Below, piece by piece: positions 1 through 9,322 of a stretch of 32,000 nt of DNA. A program made the translations under genes and the position numbers. The first letter of the stretch is position 1. Each line of letters starts with the position of its first letter. Source of the DNA: Paracoccus suum (GTDB taxonomy: Bacteria > Pseudomonadota > Alphaproteobacteria > Rhodobacterales > Rhodobacteraceae); NCBI RefSeq assembly GCF_003324675.1, contig NZ_CP030918.1:2610001-2642000 (forward strand), in the 5' to 3' direction. The notes beneath the pieces were generated by a model that searched no databases, was not told the origin of the DNA, and worked only from the letters and a program-made list of their open reading frames with translations.

Positions 1-295
1 GCAGATCCTCGGCCATCCCCGATTTTTCAAGGATGACCCCCATGAAGGTAAAGAATGGGATCGCAAGTAATGTCTCGTTCGAGAGGACCCCCCACAGGCG
101 GTCCGGCATGGTGCCGAGCAGATTCCAGTCAAGGAAGATCGAGCCGTTCGAGAGGGGCGCCAGCTCGACCCCGATAATGAAGAACAAAAGGCCGTTTGCC
201 GCCAGCGAGAACGCGACCGAATAGCCGAACAGCAGGAACAGGACCAGCGAGGCGAACATGATCGGCGCCATGTTCTGTGCGATGAATTCCATCAT
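1..295 (-). CDS. dctM: TRAP transporter large permease subunit (DctM family), N-terminal part; gene continues beyond the left edge
   Basis: Absent from the ORF track because it is open at the window edge. My reverse-strand translation from ATG 295..293 gives MMEFIAQNMAPIMFASLVLFLLFGYSVAFSLAANGLLFFIIGVELAPLSNGSIFLDWNLLGTMPDRLWGVLSNETLLAIPFFTFMGVILEKSGMAEDL. It is hydrophobic with the AIPFFxFMG...SG signature I associate with DctM. The start overlaps the dctQ stop (ATGA). Confidence 0.8.
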   Translation of the reverse strand, partial: MMEFIAQNMAPIMFASLVLFLLFGYSVAFSLAANGLLFFIIGVELAPLSNGSIFLDWNLLGTMPDRLWGVLSNETLLAIPFFTFMGVILEKSGMAEDL

Positions 296-1014
296 GTGCG
301 CGGCCCCCGGCCTTCGTTGCTGCCCGGCGCCTCATCCGGCAGCCGGGTCGAGCCGTGGCCCGGCCGCGGATCGTTGTGATCGAGCGGGCTGTCGATCGCG
401 AGGTCGAGCGCCGGATGGTCGGGATCGACCAGCTGCGCCATCTCCTGCGCGATGGCCTGGCCTTCCAGCTCGGCCGCCTCGTGATGGCTGACGAAGGGCG
501 TCGGATCGGGGATGATCCCACGCATCACGGCGATCTTCTTGATGATCTCCGACAGGCCCTGCGCAAAAAGCATTATGAACGCGGCCAGCAGCATCATCTT
601 GGCCGGCCACAGCGGCAGGCCGCCCGCGTTGTTGCTGACCTCGCCATTGCGGAACGAGCGCAGCGCCCAGGGGTAGAGCAGCCAGATCATCATCATGGTG
701 AACGGCATCAGGAACAGCACATGGCCGATCAGGTCGATCCAGTGCTGGGTCCGGCGACGCCAGCGGCCGTAGACGATGTCGATGCGGATATGCTCGTTTT
801 CCAGCAGGGTATAGGCGGCCGCGCCGAGGAAGGCGGCGCCATACAGATACCACTGCAACTCGAGCCAGGCGTTCGACGAGATGTTGAACACTTTGCGCAC
901 GACGGCGTTCGCGGCGCTGACGAGAACCGCCACCAAGATCGCCCAGCCGACCGTGCGTCCGATCAATGTGTTGATGCGGTCAATGCCGCGTGCAAGCCCA
1001 AGAAGGCCGCCCAT
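292..1014 (-). CDS. dctQ: TRAP transporter small permease subunit (DctQ family) with a long hydrophilic C-terminal tail
   Basis: ORF 292..1134, trimmed to the internal ATG at 1014 (MGGLLGLARGIDRINTLIGRTVGWAILV...), which is preceded by a GGGGGAA Shine-Dalgarno-like run. Four hydrophobic segments, and it lies immediately upstream of dctM with an ATGA overlap. The upstream 40 codons are Arg-rich and look non-coding. Confidence 0.8.
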   Translation of the reverse strand: MGGLLGLARGIDRINTLIGRTVGWAILVAVLVSAANAVVRKVFNISSNAWLELQWYLYGAAFLGAAAYTLLENEHIRIDIVYGRWRRRTQHWIDLIGHVLFLMPFTMMMIWLLYPWALRSFRNGEVSNNAGGLPLWPAKMMLLAAFIMLFAQGLSEIIKKIAVMRGIIPDPTPFVSHHEAAELEGQAIAQEMAQLVDPDHPALDLAIDSPLDHNDPRPGHGSTRLPDEAPGSNEGRGPRT

Positions 1015-1361
1015 CCAAGTTCCCCCCGTCGCCTTTTGCCGGTCTTGGGTGGATGGGGTCTGACGCCCCGTCTCTGCCCTAGGCAGGCTTCTCCTCTGGC
1101 GTCGCGCCGTGCCGCAGGATCTGCGCGCAGCCAACCCTCCGCGCCTACCTTGGCAGTCGCCACTCGGTCAAGAAGCTTGCCGCGGGAACGACAGGTCCGC
1201 GCATGAGCCTGACGTAACCGCATACAGATCGCCCGACGGATCGGTCTGATTGGCGCTTTACCTGTTCCTTTGTGCGGATAAGGTCACGGCAGTCGGCAGG
1301 CCCCTTCGCGCCATGCGTGCGCTGGGCTTGCCACACACAATAATAAGGGGGGTTCTTAACG

Positions 1362-2966
1362 ATGACCAAACTTCTTCTGACCACCGCGCTGACCTGCGCT
1401 TTTGCATTCCCGGCACTCGCGGCAAAGCCGGCCGAGGGCGAAAAACTCGCCGACAAACAAGAGTATACGTTCTGGCTGCTGGATGCGATCAAATCGATGG
1501 ATCCGGCCAAGAACACCGACGTCGAAGGTAGCGACGTCCTGCGCCAGCTGCTCGAAGGGCTGATGATCGAGGACAACAAGGGCGCCATGATCCCCGGCGT
1601 CGCCGAAAGCTTCGACGAATCCCCCGACAAGCTGACCTACACATTCCATCTGCGCGATGCGAAATGGTCAAACGGCGATCCCGTCACCGCCGGCGACTTT
1701 GTCTACGGCTGGCGCCGCGTGGCAGATCCCAAGACGGCCAGCGAATACGCATGGTTCATGGAACTGATGAACATCGAAAACGCGACCAAGGTGGTCAAGG
1801 GCGAACTGCCGCCGGACCAGCTGGGCGTCAAGGCGATCGACGACAAGACCTTCGAGGTCAAGCTTTCGAACCCGACCCCCTATTTCATCAAGACGCTGGC
1901 CCATACCTCGACCTTCCCGGTGCCGCAAAAGGTGGTCGAGGCCGAGGGTGACAACTGGACCCAACCCGGCAAGTTCGTGGGCAACGGCGCCTACAAGCTG
2001 GACAGCCACGACCTGGGCGTATCGGTCGTCATGTCGAAGAACGACCAGTATTGGGATGCGGCCAACACCATCCTGACCAAGCTGACCGCCCTGACCGTCA
2101 ACGACAACAACGTCGCCCTGACACGCTATCAGGCAGGCGAGCTTGACCGCGTCCAGATCCCCGCCGGGCAATATCCGCGCCTGAAAGAGCAGTTCCCGAA
2201 CGAGGCGATCTCGATCCCCTACGGCTGCTCTTACACCTACCTCTTCAACCTCAGCGACAAGGGCCCCGAGGCCCTGAAGGACCTGCGCGTGCGCCAGGCG
2301 CTCAGCTATGCCGTGGACCGCGACACCATCGTGGACAAGGTGCTGCAAGGCGGCCAGAAGCCGGCCTACTGGTGGACCCACTGGGCGGTCGAGGGTTTTG
2401 AGGCGCCCGACATCGAGTTCAGCAAGTGGACCCAGGCCGAGCGCGTGGAAAAGGCCAAGGCCCTGCTGGCCGAGGCCGGCTATGGCCCGGGCGGCAAGCC
2501 GCTGAAGCTGACGATCCAGTACAACACCGACGACAACCACAAGAAGCTGGCGGTTGCCGTGCAGCAGTTCTGGAAAGCCATCGGCGTCGACGCGCAGCTG
2601 GCGAACTATGAGTGGAAGGTCCACACCGACCGCCTGCAGAACCAGGACTTCGAGACCGCCCGCTATGCGTGGTGCGACGATTACAACGAAGCCTCGACCT
2701 TCCTCGATTACTTCCGCACCGAGGGCTACAATAACGGCAAGTGGTCGAACGCCGAGTATGACAAGCTGCTCGCCGACAGCAAGACCTCGGCCAACCCGGC
2801 CGAGGACTACAAGAAAGCCGAGCAGATCCTGATCGGCGACATGGCCACCGTGCCGGTCTACCACTACGCCAAGGTGGACATGATCAAGCCGGACATGCGC
2901 GGCGTCCCGCTCGAAAACCTGATGAACGACTGGTACGCGAAGGACTTCTACCGCGTGGCGCAATAA
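1362..2966 (+). CDS. oppA: Oligopeptide ABC transporter substrate-binding protein (family 5 SBP)
   Basis: 534 aa with an N-terminal signal peptide (MTKLLLTTALTCAFAFPALA). Family-5 peptide-binding-protein-like sequence throughout. AAGGGGGG Shine-Dalgarno before the ATG. First gene of an oppBCDF-type operon. Confidence 0.9.
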   Translation: MTKLLLTTALTCAFAFPALAAKPAEGEKLADKQEYTFWLLDAIKSMDPAKNTDVEGSDVLRQLLEGLMIEDNKGAMIPGVAESFDESPDKLTYTFHLRDAKWSNGDPVTAGDFVYGWRRVADPKTASEYAWFMELMNIENATKVVKGELPPDQLGVKAIDDKTFEVKLSNPTPYFIKTLAHTSTFPVPQKVVEAEGDNWTQPGKFVGNGAYKLDSHDLGVSVVMSKNDQYWDAANTILTKLTALTVNDNNVALTRYQAGELDRVQIPAGQYPRLKEQFPNEAISIPYGCSYTYLFNLSDKGPEALKDLRVRQALSYAVDRDTIVDKVLQGGQKPAYWWTHWAVEGFEAPDIEFSKWTQAERVEKAKALLAEAGYGPGGKPLKLTIQYNTDDNHKKLAVAVQQFWKAIGVDAQLANYEWKVHTDRLQNQDFETARYAWCDDYNEASTFLDYFRTEGYNNGKWSNAEYDKLLADSKTSANPAEDYKKAEQILIGDMATVPVYHYAKVDMIKPDMRGVPLENLMNDWYAKDFYRVAQ

Positions 2967-2993
2967 CGCGCGGAAGGCCCTGATCAGGCCGGT

Positions 2994-3052
2994 GGGGCGC
3001 CCTCGCCCCATCGGCCGCAGGCGATCCTGACCGGCGCGCGGGCATGCCCGCG
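2994..3052 (+). promoter_or_regulatory. Two GC-rich hairpins/palindromes between oppA and oppB (possible mRNA-stabilising or attenuating structures)
   Basis: GGGGCG-CCCT-CGCCCC hairpin at 2994..3009 and the perfect 16-nt palindrome CGCGGGCATGCCCGCG at 3037..3052. No U-tract follows either. The position between the SBP gene and the permease genes is where differential-expression hairpins commonly sit. Confidence 0.3.
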
Positions 3053-3093
3053 GATCGGTCGCGGCCCCCGAATCCAGTCAATCGGACCCCTTC

Positions 3094-4017
3094 ATGTTCG
3101 GATATATCCTGCGACGGCTCGCAGTGGCGATTCCCACGCTGCTGCTGCTGATTGTCTTTTCGTTCATCCTGATGCAGCTCGCGCCCGGCGGTCCGTTCAC
3201 GGCCGAGCGGCAGTTGCCGCCCCAGGTCATCGCCAATCTCAACGCCAAATACGGCCTTGATGATCCGGCCTGGTTACAGCTCTGGAACTATCTCAAGGGA
3301 CTGCTGCTTCATTTCGATTTCGGGCCAAGCTTCGTCTATCCCGACATCTCGGTGAACCAGCTGATCGCCAAGGGCTTTCCGGTGACGCTGACCTACGGCG
3401 TCGTCAGCTTTCTCCTGGCTGTCATTATCGGCGTGGCGCTCGGGGTGACGGCGGCCATCTGGCACAACAGCTGGATCGACACGATGGCGGTCGGCGTGTC
3501 GATCGGCGCGCAGGTACTGCCGAACTTTGTCATGGCGCCGATCCTGGTGCTGATCTTCACGCTGTGGCTCGGCTGGCTGCCGGGGGGCGGGTGGTCGATG
3601 TCGCAGCCGCGGTTCTGGATCATGCCGGTGATCGCGCTCTCGACCAGCTACATGGCATCGATTGCGCGGATCACCCGCAGCTCGATGCTCGAAGTGCTGG
3701 GCAGCAACCACATCCGAACCGCCCGCGCCAAGGGCCTGCCCGAGCGTCTGGTCATCCTGCGGCATGCACTGAAACCGGCGCTGCTGCCGGTCATCAGTTA
3801 CCTCGGCCCGGTGTTTGTCACCATGATCACCGGCTCGGTCGTGGTCGACGTCTATTTCTCGACCGGCGGGATCGGGCGCTCGTTCGTCGATGCGGCGCTA
3901 AACCGGGACTATGCGATGATGATGGGCGTGACGATCCTGATCGGCGCGCTGACCATCTTTTTCAACCTCGTGGTCGATATCCTCTACGCGTGGATCGACC
4001 CCAAGATCCGGTACTGA
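3094..4017 (+). CDS. oppB: Oligopeptide ABC transporter permease OppB
   Basis: 307 aa. The N-terminus MFGYILRRLAVAIPTLLLLIVFSFILMQLAPGGPFTAERQLPPQVIANLNAKYGLDDP aligns closely with my recollection of E. coli OppB. Multi-pass membrane protein. Confidence 0.9.
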   Translation: MFGYILRRLAVAIPTLLLLIVFSFILMQLAPGGPFTAERQLPPQVIANLNAKYGLDDPAWLQLWNYLKGLLLHFDFGPSFVYPDISVNQLIAKGFPVTLTYGVVSFLLAVIIGVALGVTAAIWHNSWIDTMAVGVSIGAQVLPNFVMAPILVLIFTLWLGWLPGGGWSMSQPRFWIMPVIALSTSYMASIARITRSSMLEVLGSNHIRTARAKGLPERLVILRHALKPALLPVISYLGPVFVTMITGSVVVDVYFSTGGIGRSFVDAALNRDYAMMMGVTILIGALTIFFNLVVDILYAWIDPKIRY

Positions 4018-4020
4018 GCG

Positions 4021-4950
4021 ATGGTGATGATCGACAAGGGCCGGATGGAAAGCCTCGGCCAGCGGCTGGCTGCGCAAGAGGTCAAGGGCCGCAGCCCGTG
4101 GGCCGACGCTCGCGCGCGGTTCCTGCGCAACCGGGCGGCGGTGGCCGGACTGGTGATCTTGCTGCTGATCGGGCTCTTTGCCCTTTTCGGCAACTGGATC
4201 GCCGCATGGTCGAACGAAGAGATCGACTTCAATGTCATGGGCAGCGCCGCCACTATGGGCATGCCGTCGATCGAGAACGGGCATTACTTCGGCACTGACG
4301 ATCTGGGCCGTGACCTATTTGCCCGGACCGTGCAGGGCACCCAGATCAGCCTGATGGTCGGCCTCGTGGGCGCGGCCATCGCCGTCGTCGTCGGCACACT
4401 TTACGGCGCGGTCGCGGGCTATGTCGGCGGGCGGGCCGATCAGGTCATGATGCGCGCGGTCGATATCCTGATGTCGATTCCCTACATGTTCGTGCTGATC
4501 CTGCTGCTGGTGATGTTCGGGCGCAGCATGTCGATGCTGTTTCTGGGTATCGGCCTGATCTCGTGGCTGGACATGTCGCGCATCGTGCGCGGCCAGACCC
4601 TGTCGCTGAAGCACCGCGAGTTCATCGAGGCTGCGCGCGCCACGGGCGTTCCGACATGGCGCATCATCATCCGCCATATCGTGCCGAACCTGTTGGGCAT
4701 CGTCGCGGTCTATGCCACGCTGCTGGTGCCACTGATGATCCTGACCGAAAGCTTCATCAGCTTTCTCGGCCTCGGCGTGCAGGAGCCGCTGACTTCGTGG
4801 GGCGCGCTCATCTCCGAAGGGGCCGGAACGATGAACTACGGCACGCTGTGGCAGCTGGCCTTTCCGCTGGCGTTCTTTGTCGTGACGCTCTTCGCGTTCT
4901 TTTTCGTCGGCGACGGCCTGCGCGACGCCCTCGATCCGAAGGAGCGCTGA
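4021..4950 (+). CDS. oppC: Oligopeptide ABC transporter permease OppC
   Basis: 309 aa. [42 protein letters not shown] and [13 protein letters not shown] closely match remembered E. coli OppC. Starts 3 nt after the oppB stop. Confidence 0.9.
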   Translation: MVMIDKGRMESLGQRLAAQEVKGRSPWADARARFLRNRAAVAGLVILLLIGLFALFGNWIAAWSNEEIDFNVMGSAATMGMPSIENGHYFGTDDLGRDLFARTVQGTQISLMVGLVGAAIAVVVGTLYGAVAGYVGGRADQVMMRAVDILMSIPYMFVLILLLVMFGRSMSMLFLGIGLISWLDMSRIVRGQTLSLKHREFIEAARATGVPTWRIIIRHIVPNLLGIVAVYATLLVPLMILTESFISFLGLGVQEPLTSWGALISEGAGTMNYGTLWQLAFPLAFFVVTLFAFFFVGDGLRDALDPKER

Positions 4951-4951
4951 A

Positions 4952-6076
4952 ATGGCAGCCTTGCTCGAAACGCGCGATCTTACCGTCCGCTTTGCCACCA
5001 ACGATGGCGAGGTCAAGGCCGTGAACGGCATCGACCTTTCCCTCGCCCCGGGCGAGACACTGGGCATCGTCGGCGAAAGCGGCTCGGGCAAGTCGCAATT
5101 CGCCTTTGCCATCATGGGCCTTCTGGCCCGCAATGGCCGGGCCGAGGGCAGCGTCCGCTTTGACGGGGCCGAGATCCTGAACGCCCCAGCCAAGGTGCTG
5201 AACCGCATCCGGGCCGAAAAGATCGCGATGATCTTTCAGGACCCGATGACCTCGCTGAACCCCTATATGCGGGTCGCCGACCAGATGGCCGAGGTGCTGG
5301 TCCTGCACAAGGGCAAGAGCCATCGCGATGCGGTCAAGGAATCCGCCCGCATGCTGGATGCGGTGCGCATTCCCGACGCCAAGGGTCGCATCAACCTTTA
5401 CCCGCACGAGTTTTCCGGCGGCATGCGCCAGCGGGTGATGATCGCCATGGCGCTGCTGTGCCGCCCGCGCCTGCTGATCGCGGACGAGCCGACCACCGCC
5501 CTGGACGTGACGGTGCAGGCGCAGATCATGCGTCTGCTGGACGATTTGCGGGCCGAGTTCGGCATGGCGATGATCCTGATCACCCATGACCTCGGCGTCA
5601 TCGCCGGCAGTTGCGAGCGGGTGGTCGTCATGTATGGCGGCCGCATCCGCGAGGGCGCGCCCGTGGATCAGCTCTTCGCCTCTCCCGCCCATCCCTACAC
5701 GCGCGGGCTGCTGGCGGCGATCCCGCGGGTCGACCAGCAAGGCGAGGCCCTTGCGGCGATCCCCGGCAGCCCGCCCAACATGACCAGTCCGCCGCCCGGT
5801 TGCGCGTATGCGCCGCGCTGCGGCTGGCGGATGGAGGTGTGCACGACCACCCCGCCCGAGCTGCTGAACTGGGCGCCAGGCCGCACCCGCGCGTGCCACG
5901 CCCCGGCGCCCGAGGTGACGGACGGCCCGCTGCGCCAACTGGCCGACCTGCCCGAGGTCGCAGAAGCTGACGCGGACTTCGGCGCAGCGCAACTGGCGGA
6001 GGTCCTGCCCGACGGTGCTGTCGCTGCAGGCGGCGTTGTCGGGGTTACGCCCGAAGGCGGAGGGCCGCGCCCGTGA
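4952..6076 (+). CDS. oppD: Oligopeptide ABC transporter ATP-binding protein OppD (with about 45 aa extra C-terminal tail)
   Basis: Walker A GESGSGKS, signature FSGGMRQR, Walker [13 protein letters not shown], and the oligopeptide-type C-terminal Cys motif region (PGCAYAPRC). GAAGGAG Shine-Dalgarno inside the end of oppC. Confidence 0.9.
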   Translation: MAALLETRDLTVRFATNDGEVKAVNGIDLSLAPGETLGIVGESGSGKSQFAFAIMGLLARNGRAEGSVRFDGAEILNAPAKVLNRIRAEKIAMIFQDPMTSLNPYMRVADQMAEVLVLHKGKSHRDAVKESARMLDAVRIPDAKGRINLYPHEFSGGMRQRVMIAMALLCRPRLLIADEPTTALDVTVQAQIMRLLDDLRAEFGMAMILITHDLGVIAGSCERVVVMYGGRIREGAPVDQLFASPAHPYTRGLLAAIPRVDQQGEALAAIPGSPPNMTSPPPGCAYAPRCGWRMEVCTTTPPELLNWAPGRTRACHAPAPEVTDGPLRQLADLPEVAEADADFGAAQLAEVLPDGAVAAGGVVGVTPEGGGPRP

Positions 6077-6149
6077 TCCCCGCCAACTCATTTCAGAAAT
6101 CCATACCCCACGCGGGCCGTCCTGCCCGCATGAGCCCGCGAGGCCGCGC

Positions 6150-7208
6150 ATGAACCAGCCGCTGCTCGATGCGCGCGATCTGCGCGTCACCTTCAGGATT
6201 CGCCGCGAGGGTGATCTGCCCTGGACCAAGCCGCTCGGCCTGCAGGCTGTCAGCGGTGTCGACTTTACCCTCGCCCCCGGCGAAACGCTGGGCATCGTGG
6301 GCGAGTCGGGCTGCGGCAAGTCCACCCTCGCCCGGGCCCTCGTCGGGCTGGTCCCGGCCACTGGGCGTGCGGTCTGGACTGATGGCAAGGACCTGCTGGC
6401 CCTGCCGCCGTCCGAATTCCAACGCTACCGCAGTGACATCCAGATGGTGTTTCAGGACCCGCTGGCATCGCTGAACCCGCGCATGACCGTGGGCCAGATC
6501 ATCGCCGAGCCGCTGACAACCCATCACCCGGAGCTGACCCGCGAGGAGGTCAAGGTCCGGGTCAAGGACATGATGGACCGCGTTGGCCTGCTGCCGAACC
6601 AGATCAACCGCTACCCGCACGAGTTTTCGGGAGGGCAGTGCCAACGCATCGGCATCGCCCGCGCGCTGATCGTGCGCCCCAAGCTGGTGATCTGCGACGA
6701 GCCGGTCAGCGCGCTCGACGTCTCGATCCAGGCGCAGGTGATCAACCTGCTGATCGAGTTGCAGGCGCAGTTCGGCATGGCGCTGATCTTCATCGCGCAT
6801 GATCTGTCGGTGGTGAAACATATCAGCGATCGGGTCATGGTCCTCTACCTCGGCCGGGTGATGGAAACTGCGCCCACGACCGAGCTATTCTCCGAACCGC
6901 AGCACCCCTACACCCAAGCGCTGCTTTCGGCCGTGCCCATTCCCGACCCACTGTTGGAGCGGGCAAAGCGCGTGATCCCGCTGGAGGGCGAGTTGCCCTC
7001 GCCCATGGCGCCACCCTCGGGCTGCGTGTTCCGCACCCGCTGCCCGCGCGCCCGGGCCCTGTGCGCCGAGGCGGTCCCGCCCCTGACCGGCGCAGATCAC
7101 CGCACCGCCTGCCACTTTCCCGGCCCCCTGACCGAGGCGGAGATCGAAGGCGCACTCGCCCGGACCGCAGCCCGGGCCGAGGCCGCGCGGGCCGCGACCG
7201 CGGCCTGA
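6150..7208 (+). CDS. oppF: Oligopeptide ABC transporter ATP-binding protein OppF
   Basis: ORF 6015..7208 trimmed to ATG 6150 (MNQPLLDARDLRV...). Walker A GESGCGKS, signature FSGGQCQR, Walker B LVICDEPVSALD. Ala-rich C-terminal tail. Confidence 0.9.
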   Translation: MNQPLLDARDLRVTFRIRREGDLPWTKPLGLQAVSGVDFTLAPGETLGIVGESGCGKSTLARALVGLVPATGRAVWTDGKDLLALPPSEFQRYRSDIQMVFQDPLASLNPRMTVGQIIAEPLTTHHPELTREEVKVRVKDMMDRVGLLPNQINRYPHEFSGGQCQRIGIARALIVRPKLVICDEPVSALDVSIQAQVINLLIELQAQFGMALIFIAHDLSVVKHISDRVMVLYLGRVMETAPTTELFSEPQHPYTQALLSAVPIPDPLLERAKRVIPLEGELPSPMAPPSGCVFRTRCPRARALCAEAVPPLTGADHRTACHFPGPLTEAEIEGALARTAARAEAARAATAA

Positions 7209-7335
7209 CCGGCCGCGTTGCAGGTGACGCTGGCCCACCGGCCGCAGCAGCCCGCAGGCGCTACATCATAATCCGGCCTCGCGCTCGCCGGCGTCCTGCC
7301 TATTCTGGACGGACAGATTCAAAGGCGCCTTTCGT

Positions 7336-9258
7336 ATGACCACCCCTGCCGACCCCGTGACGACTACCCCCGCGCCGGGAGCGGGGGCCGAGAAAAAACT
7401 CCGCGCCCGGTTCGATCCGCAGCCGCCCCGGACTTTTGCCGCGCGCTGGGCGGCGATGCGCAACATTCCCCCGTTCCTGGCCATGGTGTGGCGCGCATCG
7501 CCCGGTCTGACGCTGGCCACGCTGGTGCTGCGCCTGGTGCGGGCGCTGCTGCCGGTCACGGCCCTTTGGGTGGGCAAGCTGATCATCGACGAGGTCGTGC
7601 GTCTGGCAGCCACTGATGGGACGCCCGCCACCCTGGTTGAATGGTGGCACGCGGGCCTGCTGAACACGCTCGCCGCCTATGTCGTGCTGGAGTTTGTGCT
7701 CGGCATCGCCTCAGACCTGCTCGGGCGGCTGGTGACGCTGACGGACAGCCTGCTGGCCGAAAAGCTGACCATCGCGATGTCCACCCGGCTGATGGACCAC
7801 GCCGCGCGCCTCGATCTGAAGGACTTCGAGGATGCCGAGTTCCAGGACAAGCTCGACCGGGCGCGGCGGCAATCCTCGGGCCGGATGCCGCTGATGGGGC
7901 AATTGATGGGCCAGCTGCAGGACCTGGTCACGGTCGCCAGCTTCGCGGGCGGCCTCGTGGTCTATAACCCTTGGCTGGTGATGCTGCTGATCATCGCGCT
8001 GATCCCGGCCTTCCTGGGCGAGGCGCATTTCAACGCCCGCAGCTATACGCTCGACTACCGGCGCACCCCCGAGCGGCGCGAGATCGACTATGTCCGCCAG
8101 CTGGCGGCAAGCGCCGATACCGCGAAGGAGGTCAAGATCTTTGACCTGCACCTGTTCCTGCGCGACCGTTACCTGTCCCTTTCACGCAGCTTTTATGCGG
8201 CGAACCGCGCCATTGCCCGGCAGCGCGCGGCATGGGGCGCCGTTTTCGCGGCGGTCGGCACCATCGGCTATTACACCGCCTACGCCTGGATCATCGGCCG
8301 CACGCTGACCGGCACCCTCAGCCTCGGCGACCTGACGTTCCTTTCTGGCAGTTTCCTGCGCCTGCGATCGCTGCTGGAAGGGCTGCTGCTCTCGTTCAGT
8401 TCGACGGCCGCACAGGCGCTTTATCTGGACGACCTGTTCGCCTTTTTCAAAGTCGGCCCGCAGATCGTCAGCCCGCCGAACGCCCGTCAGGTGCCGATGC
8501 CGATCCGGACCGGCTTTACCTTTCGCAACGTCGGCTTTCGCTATCCGAACTCGGACCGCTGGGCGGTGCGCAACCTCGACTTCACCCTGCGCGCTGGCGA
8601 GACGCTGGCCCTGGTGGGCGAGAACGGGGCCGGCAAGACCACGCTGGTCAAGCTGCTGGCGCGTCTCTACGATCCCGACGAGGGCGAGATCCTGCTCGAT
8701 GGGGTAGACCTGCGGGAGTATGACCTCGACAGCCTGCGTGCCTCGATCGGGGTGATCTTCCAGGACTTCGCCCGTTACAGCATGACCGCCGCCGACAACA
8801 TCGCCGTCGGGCGCATCGCCGCGCGCGATCAGATGCCCCGGATCGAGGCCGCCGCCAGCCGCGCCCTCGCCGACCGGGTGATCGAGCGGCTTCCGAACGG
8901 CTATGACCAGATGATCGGCAAGCGCTTTGCCAGCGGCGTCGAGTTGTCGGGGGGCGAATGGCAAAAGCTGGCCATTGCCCGCGCCTACATGCGCGACGCG
9001 CAAGTGCTGATCCTGGACGAGCCAACCGCCGCCCTCGACGCGCGGTCCGAGTTCGAGGTGTTCCAGCGTTTCAACGAATTGTCCGAGGGGCGCACCGCGA
9101 TCCTGATCTCTCACCGCTTCAGCAGCGTGCGCATGGCCGACCGTATTCTGGTTCTGGCGGACGGCCGGGTCGAGGCCGAGGGTACACATGAGGAACTTCT
9201 GGCCCAGCCCGGCCGTTATCGCGAGTTGTATGAGTTGCAGGCCGCCGGCTACCGCTAG
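7336..9258 (+). CDS. ABC transporter ATP-binding protein/permease (fused TMD-NBD exporter)
   Basis: 640 aa. The N-terminal half has several hydrophobic helices. The C-terminal NBD has Walker A GENGAGKTT, signature LSGGEWQK and Walker B VLILDEPTAALD. Confidence 0.85.
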   Translation: MTTPADPVTTTPAPGAGAEKKLRARFDPQPPRTFAARWAAMRNIPPFLAMVWRASPGLTLATLVLRLVRALLPVTALWVGKLIIDEVVRLAATDGTPATLVEWWHAGLLNTLAAYVVLEFVLGIASDLLGRLVTLTDSLLAEKLTIAMSTRLMDHAARLDLKDFEDAEFQDKLDRARRQSSGRMPLMGQLMGQLQDLVTVASFAGGLVVYNPWLVMLLIIALIPAFLGEAHFNARSYTLDYRRTPERREIDYVRQLAASADTAKEVKIFDLHLFLRDRYLSLSRSFYAANRAIARQRAAWGAVFAAVGTIGYYTAYAWIIGRTLTGTLSLGDLTFLSGSFLRLRSLLEGLLLSFSSTAAQALYLDDLFAFFKVGPQIVSPPNARQVPMPIRTGFTFRNVGFRYPNSDRWAVRNLDFTLRAGETLALVGENGAGKTTLVKLLARLYDPDEGEILLDGVDLREYDLDSLRASIGVIFQDFARYSMTAADNIAVGRIAARDQMPRIEAAASRALADRVIERLPNGYDQMIGKRFASGVELSGGEWQKLAIARAYMRDAQVLILDEPTAALDARSEFEVFQRFNELSEGRTAILISHRFSSVRMADRILVLADGRVEAEGTHEELLAQPGRYRELYELQAAGYR

Positions 9259-9277
9259 GCAGCGCCGCGAATGCGAG

Positions 9278-9302
9278 AAGGGCGGCCCGAGGGCCGCCCT
9301 TT
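9278..9302. terminator. Bidirectional intrinsic terminator between the convergent ABC exporter and ialB-like genes
   Basis: AA-GGGCGGCC-CGAG-GGCCGCCC-TTT. An 8-bp GC stem (9280..9287 / 9292..9299) with a tetraloop, A's upstream and T's downstream. Confidence 0.6.
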
Positions 9303-9322
9303 GACGCTTGTGCGTGGCGAAA

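Noticed and set aside
1668-3011. Very long antisense or alternative-frame ORFs opposite well-supported genes. Examples: 1668..3011(-), 4808..6388(-), 8182..9375(-), 9560..10714(+), 10582..11604(-), 17109..18152(+), 18218..19165(-), 19152..20147(-), 20015..21946(-), 21967..23124(-), 25241..27274(-).
   Set aside because: These are typical shadow ORFs of high-GC DNA. Their translations are dominated by Arg/Ala/Gly/Pro/His with no recognisable motif, and each lies opposite a gene with clear family signatures.
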